Part shown: positions 1 through 11,700 of the stretch, one piece after another
How positions within the stretch are numbered: position 1 is the stretch's first letter
How the letters are laid out: every line of letters starts with the position of its first letter
Source of the DNA: Nemertoderma westbladi
Lineage: Eukaryota > Animalia > Xenacoelomorpha
Assembly (NCBI GenBank): GCA_032718475.1
Contig: JAUCBJ010004814.1
Coordinates: forward strand, 1 to 64,000
DNA length: 64,000 nucleotides
Reading direction: 5' to 3'
Position numbers and translations under genes: made by a program
Notes under the pieces: generated by a model
What the model was told of the DNA's origin: nothing
The model's database searches: none
What the model saw: only the letters and a program-made list of their open reading frames with translations

Positions 1-892
1 GTATATTACAAAAATATTTGCTGCCCGATGCTGCCTTTCAACCCGATAAATTTCTTCATTTCCTCGACAGAAACATCCCGCCACTTGATAATGTGCGATT
101 TTTTGGGTTGTGGGTCTACAGGATCTGTGGGTGAGGAGTCCTGCTGTTCGAAATATAATCGCGATCTGACATTGGTCCATTCAGCCAGAGAAGAAAAAAC
201 TACATCTGGAAAGAAAACCTTCAAGTAATCCAGTTCACTAAACTCCGAAGTATCAACTCCCTTCCAGCCGGGATTGCCAATAAACCGGATTGGATTATTC
301 TCGGAAATATAGCGGTCCTCCTCCGGTGTTACGAACTTCCACCCCAGATCCACAGATGGTCCTGTCGGTTGCCGTTGCGATGATGAACCGCCAACTGATC
401 CCGGTTGAGTTGGAAGTGGATCCTCAATCTCGTCTGACTCCGCATTGTTGTCGTAACTGTCACTGGTATCGGTATCAACACTCTCAACATCTTCGCGATC
501 AATGTCGTCCTCGCTATCGCTGTCCATTGTGTTAAACCCATAGTACTTCACCGGTTTTACTGTCCGTCTTGGCCGACCACTGCTGTCCATTGCTTCACAG
601 TTATTAGTACGCGTGTATAGTGTTAGCCTATGTTATATGCTATACTGTTATACCTGTATACAGTAACTATAGATTATCTTGACAGGCAAGCAAGTAAGCG
701 AAAACTGGTACCGGTACTGTGTTAGGCCTACTGCAGAATGTGTCTAAGGCACGGGGAATTGAAAAATGCACCGCCAGTAAGCACCGGGACATCGCCAGAC
801 AAGGTAGAATAACATTAATACTATGGCTCATACGTATGAGCCCCCGCGCATATGAGCATGGCTCATATGTCTGAGCCCCCGGTCTCAAGGGG
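1..892 (-). mobile_element. piggyBac-family DNA transposon, 5' (left) end; continues off the window
   Basis: The minus strand reads TTAA|CCCCTTGAGACCGGGGG (TTAA at 893-896). Two subterminal palindromes, GGCTCATACGTATGAGCC and GGCTCATATGTCTGAGCC, lie at 825-878, followed by a transposase-like ORF. Confidence 0.85.
6..590 (-). pseudogene. piggyBac (PGBD-like) transposase N-terminus, apparently truncated after FIGL
   Basis: An acidic D/E/S-rich N-terminus is followed by FIGNPG...LDYLKVFFPD...LAEWTN...WRDVSVEEMKKFIGL, the typical start of the piggyBac DDD domain. Similarity is lost after FIGL and a stop follows. Confidence 0.8.
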
Positions 893-2364
893 TTAATTGT
901 ATATAATTACAGTAAATACCAGTATAATATTTAAACAAAAATGTAGCTCTTATATAGCATTTAAATACCGGCATGACACCAAAATATTTTGGAATCTAAT
1001 TCAATAAATTCAGAAAAAATAAATTTGTTACCCAAAATATTTCTAATTGTATATATATAGCCTATATATATATATATACAGCCTAATTTTATTTTTTAAA
1101 TTTTATATATGTATCCACTGGCACGTGGTGGCTACACCTTCAGTTTGCGACACTGTCTCTCCCCTTCAACTGAGCGATCCAAAACACCATGGCAGGCTAA
1201 ACCTAACTATCCTAACTACTGTAATAAATTGAGTTCAGTTTCGCAGTTAAACAACCAGTAATTTTTACTACTTCCACAAACACAATGGTACCAACAGAAC
1301 AACTAACCTTGTTCGCTGTGAGATTCCACGTCCGCGTCCTAGGCTTCAGTCTCGTTGCTGATTGCAAACCGAACCCGTAGGCCCACACAAACCCCAATAT
1401 CAGAAGTTCCATCTCACCATGTATCTCCAGATGGTATAAAATAATTAGGCGGTTATCCAACTACTAAAACTACTAAAACTCTAAATTTTATTATAAATAA
1501 TTTTGGCCGAAACTGAATTCTCACAAACCTAGCTATAAATTTTAAACTTACTAATTTTTCATTAATTTTACAATTTTACAATTAGTGAACACAAAATCGT
1601 GACCTCTTACTGTTACGAAGTAACAGTAAATAGTACACTACACTACCCTAACAGGCCAATGAACTGCATTTATTTCAAAATGGTCAGTGAACGTAATATA
1701 TAAGACCTCTTACTGTTGAACGATACAGCAAACAAAACCCTTTTTACTGTTGGACTATATAGATGTGACCATTTACTATGCAAACTATGTACGGCTCTGT
1801 CAATCACATGCTCCTTTCTCTGTTTATTTCTCAACAGAGAGATAATTGTTCGAATTTATAAGCAATAACCAAAACAATAATTCTGAAATGGCTACTTAAT
1901 ATGAGTGCGGGTGGTTTGCACTCGGCATTCACTTACCACAGAGAAATACAGGGCAAAACAAATGTCGAATGTGAGAATATTTTAATATTGTAACCAAATA
2001 GGATATTATTTTGCCCTAATGTCGAAACTTGGTCTTGCGCTGGTTTAAGCCAGCTGCCAGTTTAAGCCAGTTTTAACTGCGCCTCCCTAGCTACCACTGT
2101 CAGCCTGCTAACCCGCTATTTTCAAATAACCACCTAGCGTTGAATATTCTAAGGTATTTCTAAACGTAATTTACCCAACGATTCTCCACTATGCAGCGTA
2201 CAAGTTCTTAAATTTTTTATTCTAAATGGTAATAAATTATTACAGTGTCTCAAAAAATACAGAGTTGCGTACTAATAACTAAGTATTCCAGAATACGTAT
2301 TACTAACTTATTACGTTACTGAGTTATACTAGCAACAGCCTAAATACCATATTATGGTAAAATA

Positions 2365-3815
2365 GATTAAAAGATTTACCAGGTAAAATGATAGAATCTG
2401 TTATTTTTCCATTAGTTAAGGATAAAACCGGGGATATTACTTCAAAGGATAATTACCGTGGGGTTGCTGTTTCATCCGTGTTAGGAAAGATTCTAGAACT
2501 TATTATGTTAAATAGATGTATTGATAAGCTAGGTACGACACACAATCAGTTCGGTTTCAAACCCGGACTGGGAACTGAGACTTGTATTTTTGCCCTGAAA
2601 GAAGTGATAAACTATTACCTGTCACAAAATAACCCTGTGTTTGTTTGTATGCTAGATGCTAGCAAAGCATTTGATAGAGTAAACCACTTCAATTTGTTTA
2701 GGAAACTAATAGACAGAGGGATACCATTGTATATAGTTAGAGTACTAATATTTTGGTACCGGGAACAGGTCATGTATGTAAAATGGAACGGGGTTACATC
2801 TACCGGATTCACAGTCACTAACGGTACAAAGCAAGGTGGAGTTCTATCTCCAATTCTCTTTAATGTATACATGGACGGGTTAAGTAGGGCACTAACGGAC
2901 TCGGGGGTGGGTTGTCTAGTAGAGGGTACAAGGGTTAATAACTAAGGGGATGCCGATGATTTGTGTTTATTATCAAATTCAATTTTTGGGTTGCAACGTT
3001 TAATAAGATTAGCAGAACTTTTTGCCACTGATAATTCTATAATGTTTAACAAGAAAAAAACTAAGTGTTTGTATTTTATTCCGAGGTGCTCAAGCCATTG
3101 TATATTTTCCGATGTTTTTCTTGATGGTACCAAGATAGATATAGTTGATAAGTTTAATTACCTGGGTCATGTAATTCATTGCACTACCGATGATGACTTG
3201 GATATAAAGAGACAGACACAGTGTTTATATGCCAGGGGTAATTTATTAGCCAGTAAATTTGGTGCATGTAGTAACTCAGTTAAAGTAACTCTATTTAAAG
3301 CATTCTGTACAGCAATATATTGTAATGCATTATGGGCTAAGCATAACTATTCAGAGGCCATACATGAAAAACTTAGGGTAGCTTATAATAACTGTTTTAG
3401 ATTATTATTTCACATTCCGAGAGTTACCAATGGCGAGCCAACGAGCATTAGAAATGCTCTTGGCAGTTATAACGTTAAGATGTTTGTTCATATCCGGCAT
3501 ACATCTATCGTTAGTTTATTTAATAGGATAGAGAACTCAGAAAATGCGATTCTTAGAGCGACTAGTAATTTGGGTAACTCCCGGATACGTGAGATGCGTA
3601 TCACCGCTAGGTGGGCGTAATAATATTGGTTGAATATTACGGTGTGTTCAATTTATAGTAAAGTACAATTACATTTAGGCCATCTTTTGTACATAGCTAC
3701 ATACATTTCTTTGTGCTATATACCTGTGTTTACCGTGTTTGTGTATAATTATAGTACAGTACGTTTTTATGGGCCATCGGGCCTGAAATAAATTAAATAA
3801 TAAATAATAAATAAT
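2365..3815 (+). mobile_element. 5'-truncated non-LTR retrotransposon (RTE-X-like LINE), RT pseudogene
   Basis: ORFs 2388-2945 and 2961-3620 are in one frame with RT motifs NYRG, QFGFK, LDASKAFDRV and GTKQGGVLSPILFNVY. The active site is degraded to *GDADD by an in-frame stop at 2943-2945. A (TAAA/TAA)n tail lies at about 3787-3815. Confidence 0.85.
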
Positions 3816-4294
3816 TATATTGACCTAACAGCAAATTAATAAGCATAAGCTTATAAATAGAAAACAATCAATGAGGAGTAGCGCCTATCTAAACATTACA
3901 ATCAAGCATCAGGCACTCTTTAACAACACAACATAAAATAGCAACTCACTAGTATATGGCGCTAATAGCACTAATGATGGTGCTAGTAATAGCGCTAGTA
4001 ATAGCGCTAGTATAAGAGGTCAAGACCACCCAAGTTACATGCGGTCTTCCTGGCTAAACCCACTAGGGTATCGTAGTACTGCAAGGCCGAGACGAAATCT
4101 GGATTGTCAGCCCCCAAATGCTGTAATGACAACCAGTCCCCGGTCCCCTAACTGATTAGCCCGACCACAACTACTGACCCCCACCAGCATTGCCCCACAT
4201 TGGATCCTCCACTCCTCCTTCCATCGCTTCCACAGTGCGCCCGCTACGCCTACCGGTACCCTTAACCCATCATGCTAAAGCGAACAATTACCAT

Positions 4295-4834
4295 TGTGAC
4301 GGGATCCAGGAAGGATCCCGGTTTATCCGGTTTGTCAGTTCACGCGTCCCCGCCGTGTGTGAAAGATAAAAGAGTTTGCGTTGTTCGTTGTATGTAATAT
4401 TGGGATATATAATACAGATATAGATAATGGTGGATAAAAGTTATTATTGTATATGGAAGGCGGGAGACGGTAATTGAAGTCCCGGTACTTCCCTAGCTAA
4501 ACTATTTCTACTGTAACACCAATAATACTGAGATAACTGAATGAGATGATTACTGCCAACTGGTTATATTGCACGGGTTGGCCTTGTTGCTCTACCTAGC
4601 CGATGCCTTTCCCCCCTCTGATTGGTTGATACCATTGTTGGCGCCCATTGGAGTGTTCCCGTTCACTCCACCTATTCTCTCTTGGTTAGGGGTTTGGCCC
4701 CTGACCCTCATTGTGTTTCTCCTTCCCATTTTGTTGGGGTGACACGAGTTATTGGTTGCCCAATCTCGTGGCCCCCAATATTGCTTATCGGCTTACTTTG
4801 TGGGTTTGGGTTAGCGGGATTGAATAAGCTAACA
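4295..4834 (-). repeat. 3' LTR of BEL element A
   Basis: Direct repeat of 17398-17937 with about 7 substitutions; on the minus strand it is immediately preceded by the PPT. Confidence 0.95.
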
Positions 4835-4843
4835 CTCCCCCCC
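4835..4843 (-). promoter_or_regulatory. Polypurine tract of element A
   Basis: Minus-strand GGGGGGGAG abuts the TGTTAGC start of the 3' LTR. Confidence 0.85.
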
Positions 4844-5547
4844 ATGCTATCTTCCCAGTGAGAAAATAGCATCCATCTAAAGTGCGCTACAATCCCGCTG
4901 GATCCCGATCTAGTATTGGGTGTGGGGTGGAATTCTTTTCCCTCGGATCCGGCTTTCCAGGCCGCTCCCTATGGGTATGATAATGCTACCCTGTACGCCT
5001 GGCGTCCCATGTCGGGCCGATCGCACTCACCTCTCACACGACCTTTGTTTCCCCAACACTTTCGCCCTGACTCTACTCTTCTCCCATACAGACTCTCCTC
5101 TTTCCCGCTCTAACTCTCGGACCTCCCTGTCCCTCACTCAGCCTCTTATTCCTCCCCCCACACTAGAATTGCATCCGCACTCTCTCCACACTCCGCACTA
5201 TTACTCCGTCCCCCTTTGACTACCTTATCCCTTCTGACGAGTCTCACCCCCCCTCCTGTGCAGTCGCACTCAAGAAGTGTGAAATCGTCTGGTGTCTCGT
5301 CCATAGTGCCATAGTCAGTTATCCACCCAGTCCCAGTAGCTAATTGAGAAAGGTTGTATGACTATAGTACTTACTTCGAATGTATATTTATGACTAAACT
5401 ACTGATTACTACGTACGTACATACAAATTGCACTTATTTTATTACTTGCATCATTTTAATTTGTACTTAATAGTTCGTACGTCCCACGTGGCGCCTTCCA
5501 GGCATACCACGTCCAAGTCTCAGTTTCTCTCTCTCGGTCCTGGGAAC

Positions 5548-6771
5548 CTATTTGTCCCTCTTGAGATAGTTCCCTCTGGCGTCCTCCTCTCTGGGTCGTT
5601 TCTTGGTCGCTACTGCTCCTCTGGGATCCTCTTTCTGCCTTCGGACTTTCGCCGCCACCTCCCTACTGATTCCGGTTGTTGGCTCCTTGGGCGCTGGTGT
5701 TATTAGTGCCCAATATCGCTTCGCCGGTGGCCCCTCCGAGTGGCCCTGTTGTCTCCCCCTGGTGGCGTCCCATAAGATCATCTTCATTGCTCGCGGCACG
5801 TGCTCCGCCAAGAAATCCCTAAACTCCCCTCGGTTCTGTGGCGTCCACCTGTCCAAATACCTTTGCGTATTCATTACCCCGGCATACGACGCCGCCGTTG
5901 CTACCTCTTGATAGGTAAACGGTAACCTCCTCTTTATGATCTCCAAGTGAGCCTCCTGGTTTTTTAGGAAGAAACCCCACTTAAACTCCTGGGCCTACAT
6001 GCATTGCCGCGTCGTGGCCCCGACGTCGGCCCATTCTTCGAAGATCTTGAACTTCTCCTCATCGTCCATCCAGTCGCACTGGCGTCCGTAGTGTCCCCGA
6101 AAGTTGCACTTCGGACATCGGTTATGCAACCGTGGACACGCTCCCATCCTGTGGCTCGTCTCGTGGCAGTAGAGACAGCTGGTCCCTTTCTGAAACCGGT
6201 ACAAACAGCTCCTTTCCTGGTGGGTCTGTCTCCCACAGTAGTCGCAACCGAGTACCAATATCTCCCACCCCACGTCGCCTTTTGTCCCGAGCGATCTCCG
6301 CGGTCAATGGAGTCGCTGATAGGCGAACTTCTGGACATTAGCGTCCCTATCTACGTCGATCTCCTCGCCCCTCCCGGGCATCCTCTCCCCGAACACTACC
6401 CGTGGTGCCGTCCCCGGTTGCTCGCCCAACCTGATAGTGCTCCCCGCGAAATCCATCGCCAGCTCCTTGTGCACCCAGGCCCGCTTGCCGGGTTCGCTCC
6501 AGAAGGCCCTCGCCCCACTGGCCGTCACCACCCTCCCGCCAACCCAGTCCGTGTCCGAGTGGCCTATCCTCTCGATGGGCGGCATCTCTCCGAACTCGTC
6601 GTCGTCCTCGTCCTCCTCTCGCAGTGGTTCCAATCCCGGTATCCTGGTGGACCCACTATGTCCCTTCCCGCCTTGGTTCTTGCCCATAACTCTCCATTCC
6701 TCAAGCTCCCCTAGCTTCCTTTGCCGTTGGTCGGTTGATACACCTCTTGTTTCCCTGGCCTCGCTCCCCAC
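5548..6771 (-). pseudogene. Accessory ORF of element A with three tandem CCHC zinc knuckles (frameshifted into 6304-6771, 5995-6273, 5548-5946)
   Basis: CDYCGRQTHQERSC, CLYCHETSHRMGAC and CPKCNFRGHYGRQC are three CX2CX4HX4C knuckles. A homologous reading frame is conserved in element B at about 47403-49250. Confidence 0.8.
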
Positions 6772-7547
6772 TTCAGCGAGTTCGCTAACTCTGCTCCATA
6801 CTCTTCTCTAAACATTCCCCAGTCTGTCGGTTTGTGACACACGAGCCCCAATAGCTGGCCCATCGCCACCGCTCCGCACTGGCCTGTGTTCTCCACCACT
6901 CCCAACCCGTCCGGCACTGTCATAGCCATGAAGACCATCTGCGTGTGCAGAAGGTTGGGGGTGTCCGGACCGATGATTCTCTCCGCATCGTCGCGAATCG
7001 TCGTCGAGTTCTCTCGTACCAGGACTTGCACCGCTTTCGGCAATCGGTTTAATTTCGGCCCATCCTTATTCCCATACGTTCCTAGGTCGAATAGGAATAT
7101 GTCCCCATTTGGCGCGGCCAAATGTAGGAGTATGGTTCTGGCCGACCCCGCTGATCCTCGTCTCGAACCCGCCTCGTCTTCCACGGTTCCCTCGTCGTCT
7201 AGGATCATATATCCTCCCCTACTGACGGACTCTACGAACCTCTTCCAATCTTTCTTCGGCGAATCCCTCGCGTACTTCGGAATCCCAAACTTCTCCTCGC
7301 CTCCCTTTACCACATAGTGGAAATGCTGGAAGATCGCGTTGTCCAGCGACGGCGTCCCGTAGGTCCCGACCAGCCGCTGTTCGTGCACTTCTCTGAAGTG
7401 GTCTTGTAGCGCTCGTGCTGCGTGACCCCTCTCCAGCCGTTCGTAGTACCCTCTCGTCTTCTGTTCCGGATGCCTCTTGGTGAAGTCCACCAGTATCTCC
7501 TTTCCTCCTGACTCCGCCTTTCTCTTCCTGATCAGTTTGCTCGCCAT
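6711..7547 (-). CDS. Accessory ORF of element A, putative DEDDy (RNase D/WRN/EXD-like) 3'-5' exonuclease
   Basis: GYMILDDEGT (ExoI DxE), LLHLAAPNGDIFLFDL, LPKAVQVLV, IRDDAERI (ExoII-like), GAVAMGQLLGL and SLKWGARP..QEVY (ExoIII lead-in; the final D is not present) occur in the expected order. Confidence 0.6.
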   Translation of the reverse strand: MASKLIRKRKAESGGKEILVDFTKRHPEQKTRGYYERLERGHAARALQDHFREVHEQRLVGTYGTPSLDNAIFQHFHYVVKGGEEKFGIPKYARDSPKKDWKRFVESVSRGGYMILDDEGTVEDEAGSRRGSAGSARTILLHLAAPNGDIFLFDLGTYGNKDGPKLNRLPKAVQVLVRENSTTIRDDAERIIGPDTPNLLHTQMVFMAMTVPDGLGVVENTGQCGAVAMGQLLGLVCHKPTDWGMFREEYGAELANSLKWGARPGKQEVYQPTNGKGS

Positions 7548-8039
7548 CCCGAACTCTCCCGATCACTCATCTATAAGGTGGTGCCTTACCAAGGCGCAAT
7601 ATAAGCGAGTGATGCAGTTAGGATGGTCTGTGTAGTTCGAGAATGGCCTATTTCTATTCCAAATGCGCCTTTTAGCCTAAATTCTCGTTACTTAATTCTG
7701 TAGCTAATAAATGTACCCTAATTTACAATTTTGTCCATTGCTTTAATTATGTTCCAGAATTTTCCTATTGCTGTTACCATAATTTGTAATTTTCTAGCCC
7801 TATTTATTCTATTTATTTTTAATTTATTTTTAACCCTACTGTCCTACTATTTGCTACTGCCCATCCTATGGATTGTTCTATCTCCTAATCCACATTCTGG
7901 CCTACTCTGTGGGCCTGTGCAGTACAACAGTATGCGTCGTGTGGCCACACGATTTATCCAGCTGTACTCACATGCCCCCCTCTCGCTACTAACTGCTAAC
8001 TAATATCTATACTATATACCCTTCTACCTCTATCTCTAT

Positions 8040-8620
8040 CTCTTACTAACTAGTACTACGTACTTTCTTACTAACTCTTACTCTCTCTAACTAACTAACG
8101 GTACTATGTACCCTCTAACTCTTACTCTCTCTAACTAACTAATGGTACTACGTACCACTCTTCTAACTCTACTAACTGACGGTACTACGTACCCTCTAAC
8201 TCTTCTAACTATACTAACTGACGGTACTACGTACCCTCTAACTCTTCTAACTCTACTAACTGATGGCACTACGTACCCTCTAACTCTCTAACTAACGGTA
8301 CTACGTACCATCTTACTACTCTCTACTAACTGACGGTACTACATACCCTCTTACTACTCTCTACTAACTGACGGTACTACGTACCCTCTAACTCTCTAAC
8401 TAGCGGTACTACGTACCCTCTAACTCTCTAACTAACGGTACTACGTACCTCCTAACTAACTAACTGACGGTACTACGTACCTCCTGACTAACTAACTAAC
8501 TCTAGGTACTATGTACCTCCTAACTAACTAACTAACTAACTCCACTCTTGCTAACTAATGGTACTACATACCCTCTTACTGACTAACTTCTGCCTACTAA
8601 CTGCGTACCTACTATGTACT
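8040..8620. repeat. Imperfect minisatellite between pol and the accessory ORFs of element A
   Basis: About 14 variable units built from CTAACTGACGGTACTACGTACCCTCTAACTCT. Confidence 0.85.
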
Positions 8621-8729
8621 ATTATTTTTATTTTTATTTTCTATTTTGTGTGTGGGAAGGGCGTCTCGCCCTCAATCCCACCCCCCTCAGTCCAAAACTT
8701 GGACGACTAAACTCCTCTCTAACTCCAAA

Positions 8730-11700
8730 CTAAGGTGCCCCTTCTAACAGACAGCATTTCCCTACAGCTCTCCTGTAGGTTTTTCTGTCCTTCGCAACTA
8801 TCTTGCCACCTATCCGCACTTCTACCGATCGGACCCTTCCGTCCTCATCGGAGTAAGTGCCTACAACTCTCGCCAACCGCCACTGGTTGTTGATGATAGT
8901 ATCATCCGTAACGATTACGAGATCTCCCTCTCTTAACTCCCTATTCGGCTTCCTCCACTTGCTTCTTTTATGTAGCGTGGGTAGGTATTCCTCGACCCAC
9001 CTCCTCCAGTACTCTGCGCTAATTGCTTTAGCGACTTTCCAACTTTGGCGGGAGTGTATGTCGTCTGGATCTACACCCCGCATGTCGATGGTCGCTGGCC
9101 TTTCCATTAGAAAATGGCTTTGCGTTAGCACATCTAATGACTCAGGGTCATCATTCTCCGGGTATAGCCATCTGCTATTAATGACACCCTCACACTTCGC
9201 AAGTACTGTTCTCAAGACGTCCTCTGTGACCATATGGGTGTTCATTAATTTCGTCATGAGACGCTTCGAACTGCCCACCAGTCTCTCGACGCATCCTAGT
9301 GTATGTGGTGCATACGGCGTCCTTCTCTCCCACTTTACTTGTCGTCGTCTCATGGCTGCCCTGACTTCCTCCCCTTCCAAGATGTCCAAGGCCTCTGCCA
9401 TCTCGTTCTCTGCCCCCACAAAATTGGTGCCGTTGTCGCTGTATATCACTGCGATCGTCCCACCTTTATGGTCTCTAAACCTTTCTAAAGCATTAATGAA
9501 TGCTGATGCGGTTGAGTTCTTGGGAGAGTTCTATCCCTACCGCCCGTGTGTTGTTACATACGAAAATAATACCGTAGCATTTCTCCATATGCCGCATCAC
9601 CTTGATCTTTATCGGCCCGAACATGTCCACACCGCAATGCATAAATGGCTGGTTGTGCTGTCTTACCCTATTCGCCGGTAGTGGCGCCATCTCCTGTATG
9701 GCTCGATCCTTCTTTGCTCGTCGGCAGGTCTGGCACTGCCCCACTACCGCTTTTACCTTCTTCCTCAACTGCTTGACCCAATAGGTCCTCCTTATCACCG
9801 TGAGGGTTCGGTTGGTGCCCCCATGCAATATCGACTTGTGGGAGTCCCAGATAATCTGGTGGACTATTGGCGATCCTGTAGGGATGATGATGGGCTTCGG
9901 TGGTACGATGATACTATTGTTGTAACCCACCCTAGAGTTCATTACTAGAATCCCTCATCATTAAGTTGTGGTGACAGCGTGATCAGCTCGCTGTCCCGTC
10001 GAAGATGTTGTTGCTTACCGACGCGTTCCACCTCGTCGCAATAGTTCTTCCGTTGTTCGTAGCGGATGACTGCTTTGGCCGCTCCTTCCAGATCTATCGT
10101 TGCCCCGATCTTCTTGCCTTTGCCAACTCCCGCGAGGAAATTCCCGAAGGCTCTCCAGTACGCCACTAGTTTCTTGGTCTTATACCAACTAGAGCTGTAG
10201 CTGAGGAGTTTATCCGTCGGGTTATCGCATAGTTCTTGTTTTGGTTGCACGTCCCTAATCTCCCTCACCATCTGGGAGTATATCTCTTCTCCCTCTGAAT
10301 CTCCTTCTTCTCCCTCTGACACTACTTCTGAGCCCGGGTCCACCTTTCTCATCGGCGGCCAGGCCTCCTTATCGCTCAGAAATTGTGGCCCATGTTGCCA
10401 CAATACTTCCTTCTTCAAGAAAGTGTGGCGTACCACGCCCCTCGACAACAAGTCCGCTGGGTTCTCGTCTGTTGGGCAGTAGTGCCACCAGCCTAACTCT
10501 GTCGTCGCCCTTATTTCGTCCACTCTATTCGCAACGAATATTGGGTATTGCGTTTTCTCATTATGTAGCCAGCCAAGCACTACCATGGAATCCGTCCAGT
10601 AGTGTGTCTACACTATGTTTGGTATTGTATCCATTAGGTAGGTCGTGGCCCTAACTCCTAGTCTCGCAGCTGTCAATTCTAGTTTGGGAACCGATGCCGA
10701 ATCTGGTGGTGTTGACTTCGCCTTGCTGAAGGCGAGTCTGGGTTTATGAGCCCCCTCTCGTTGTACTAAATAGAGTGCTGCTCCGTATGCCTCTAATGAC
10801 GCATCGGAGAACATATGTAGGTCCAGGCTCGTCATGTTCCCATCCGGGAAATACACTCGCGGTATGCTGTATGTTCCCATCTGCTCCAGGCTCTCTGTCC
10901 ACTTATGCCACTGCTTTATAATCTCTTCCAGGACCTCTGCGTCCCACTCATCCTTTAATTTGTATACTCTCTTGAGTATCTGTTTTCCCGTGACTAGTAA
11001 TGGGGATGCTAGGCCTAGGGGATCGTATATCCTTGCTATGTACGATACATAGCCCCTCTTTGTGTGGATGTCTGCGCCCTCCTGGCTTAACTGGTACATC
11101 AGTTCATCTGTCTCTTTGTCCCACACGATTCCCAGTGCTTTCTGTTGAGACTCTATCCTCTTGTTTGCCATGTCCTGCCCCTTGGTTGTTGTGGGATTAT
11201 CCATGGTCGATTCAGGTCTCCTATCCTCTATCGCCTTGATAAATTCCTCAGAACTGGATTGGAATTTGGTTAGGTTAAAACCGGATCCCTTAAGGATGTC
11301 ACGAACCTCGCGCCCTGTGTCCAGCAGCTCCTTAACCGTATTTCCAGACTCCATCCCGTCGTCTACGTAGAAGCCGCGTCGAATCATGTCGACGGCTCTA
11401 GTGCTGCATTTATCTTCATTTCCCTTCACCGTGTCTCTTAAGGCCATAGTCGTTGTAAATGAAGACGACTTGGCTCCCATGTTCTGCACTATCATCTTGT
11501 ACGTCGGTACAATCGACGGTTCTTCATCGCCGTTGTACCATAGGAAGCGTTGACTATCGCTATCTTCTTCCGTTACATGGACTTGGTTGAACATGCCTTC
11601 TATGTCACAGGTGAAGGCGTGTTTCCCATTTCTAAATCTAAGTAGGACCTCTATCCCTGAGTTGTAAATGTTGGGACCCTCTAGCAGATAGTAATTTAGA

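Noticed and set aside
4285-4294. CAATTAC just outside the 3' LTR of A, same as the PBS-side sequence
   Set aside because: It overlaps the TSD, and the flank beyond does not match the element interior, so this is not a tandem element. A 7-mer coincidence cannot be excluded.
6004-6714. Long plus-strand ORFs antisense to element A (also 8857-9681, 15806-16441)
   Set aside because: These are shadow frames of GC-rich or repetitive sense coding sequence with no motifs.
5548-7547. Post-pol ORFs as a retroviral-type env
   Set aside because: No signal peptide, furin site followed by a fusion peptide, or TM anchor is seen; the motifs indicate a nuclease and zinc knuckles.
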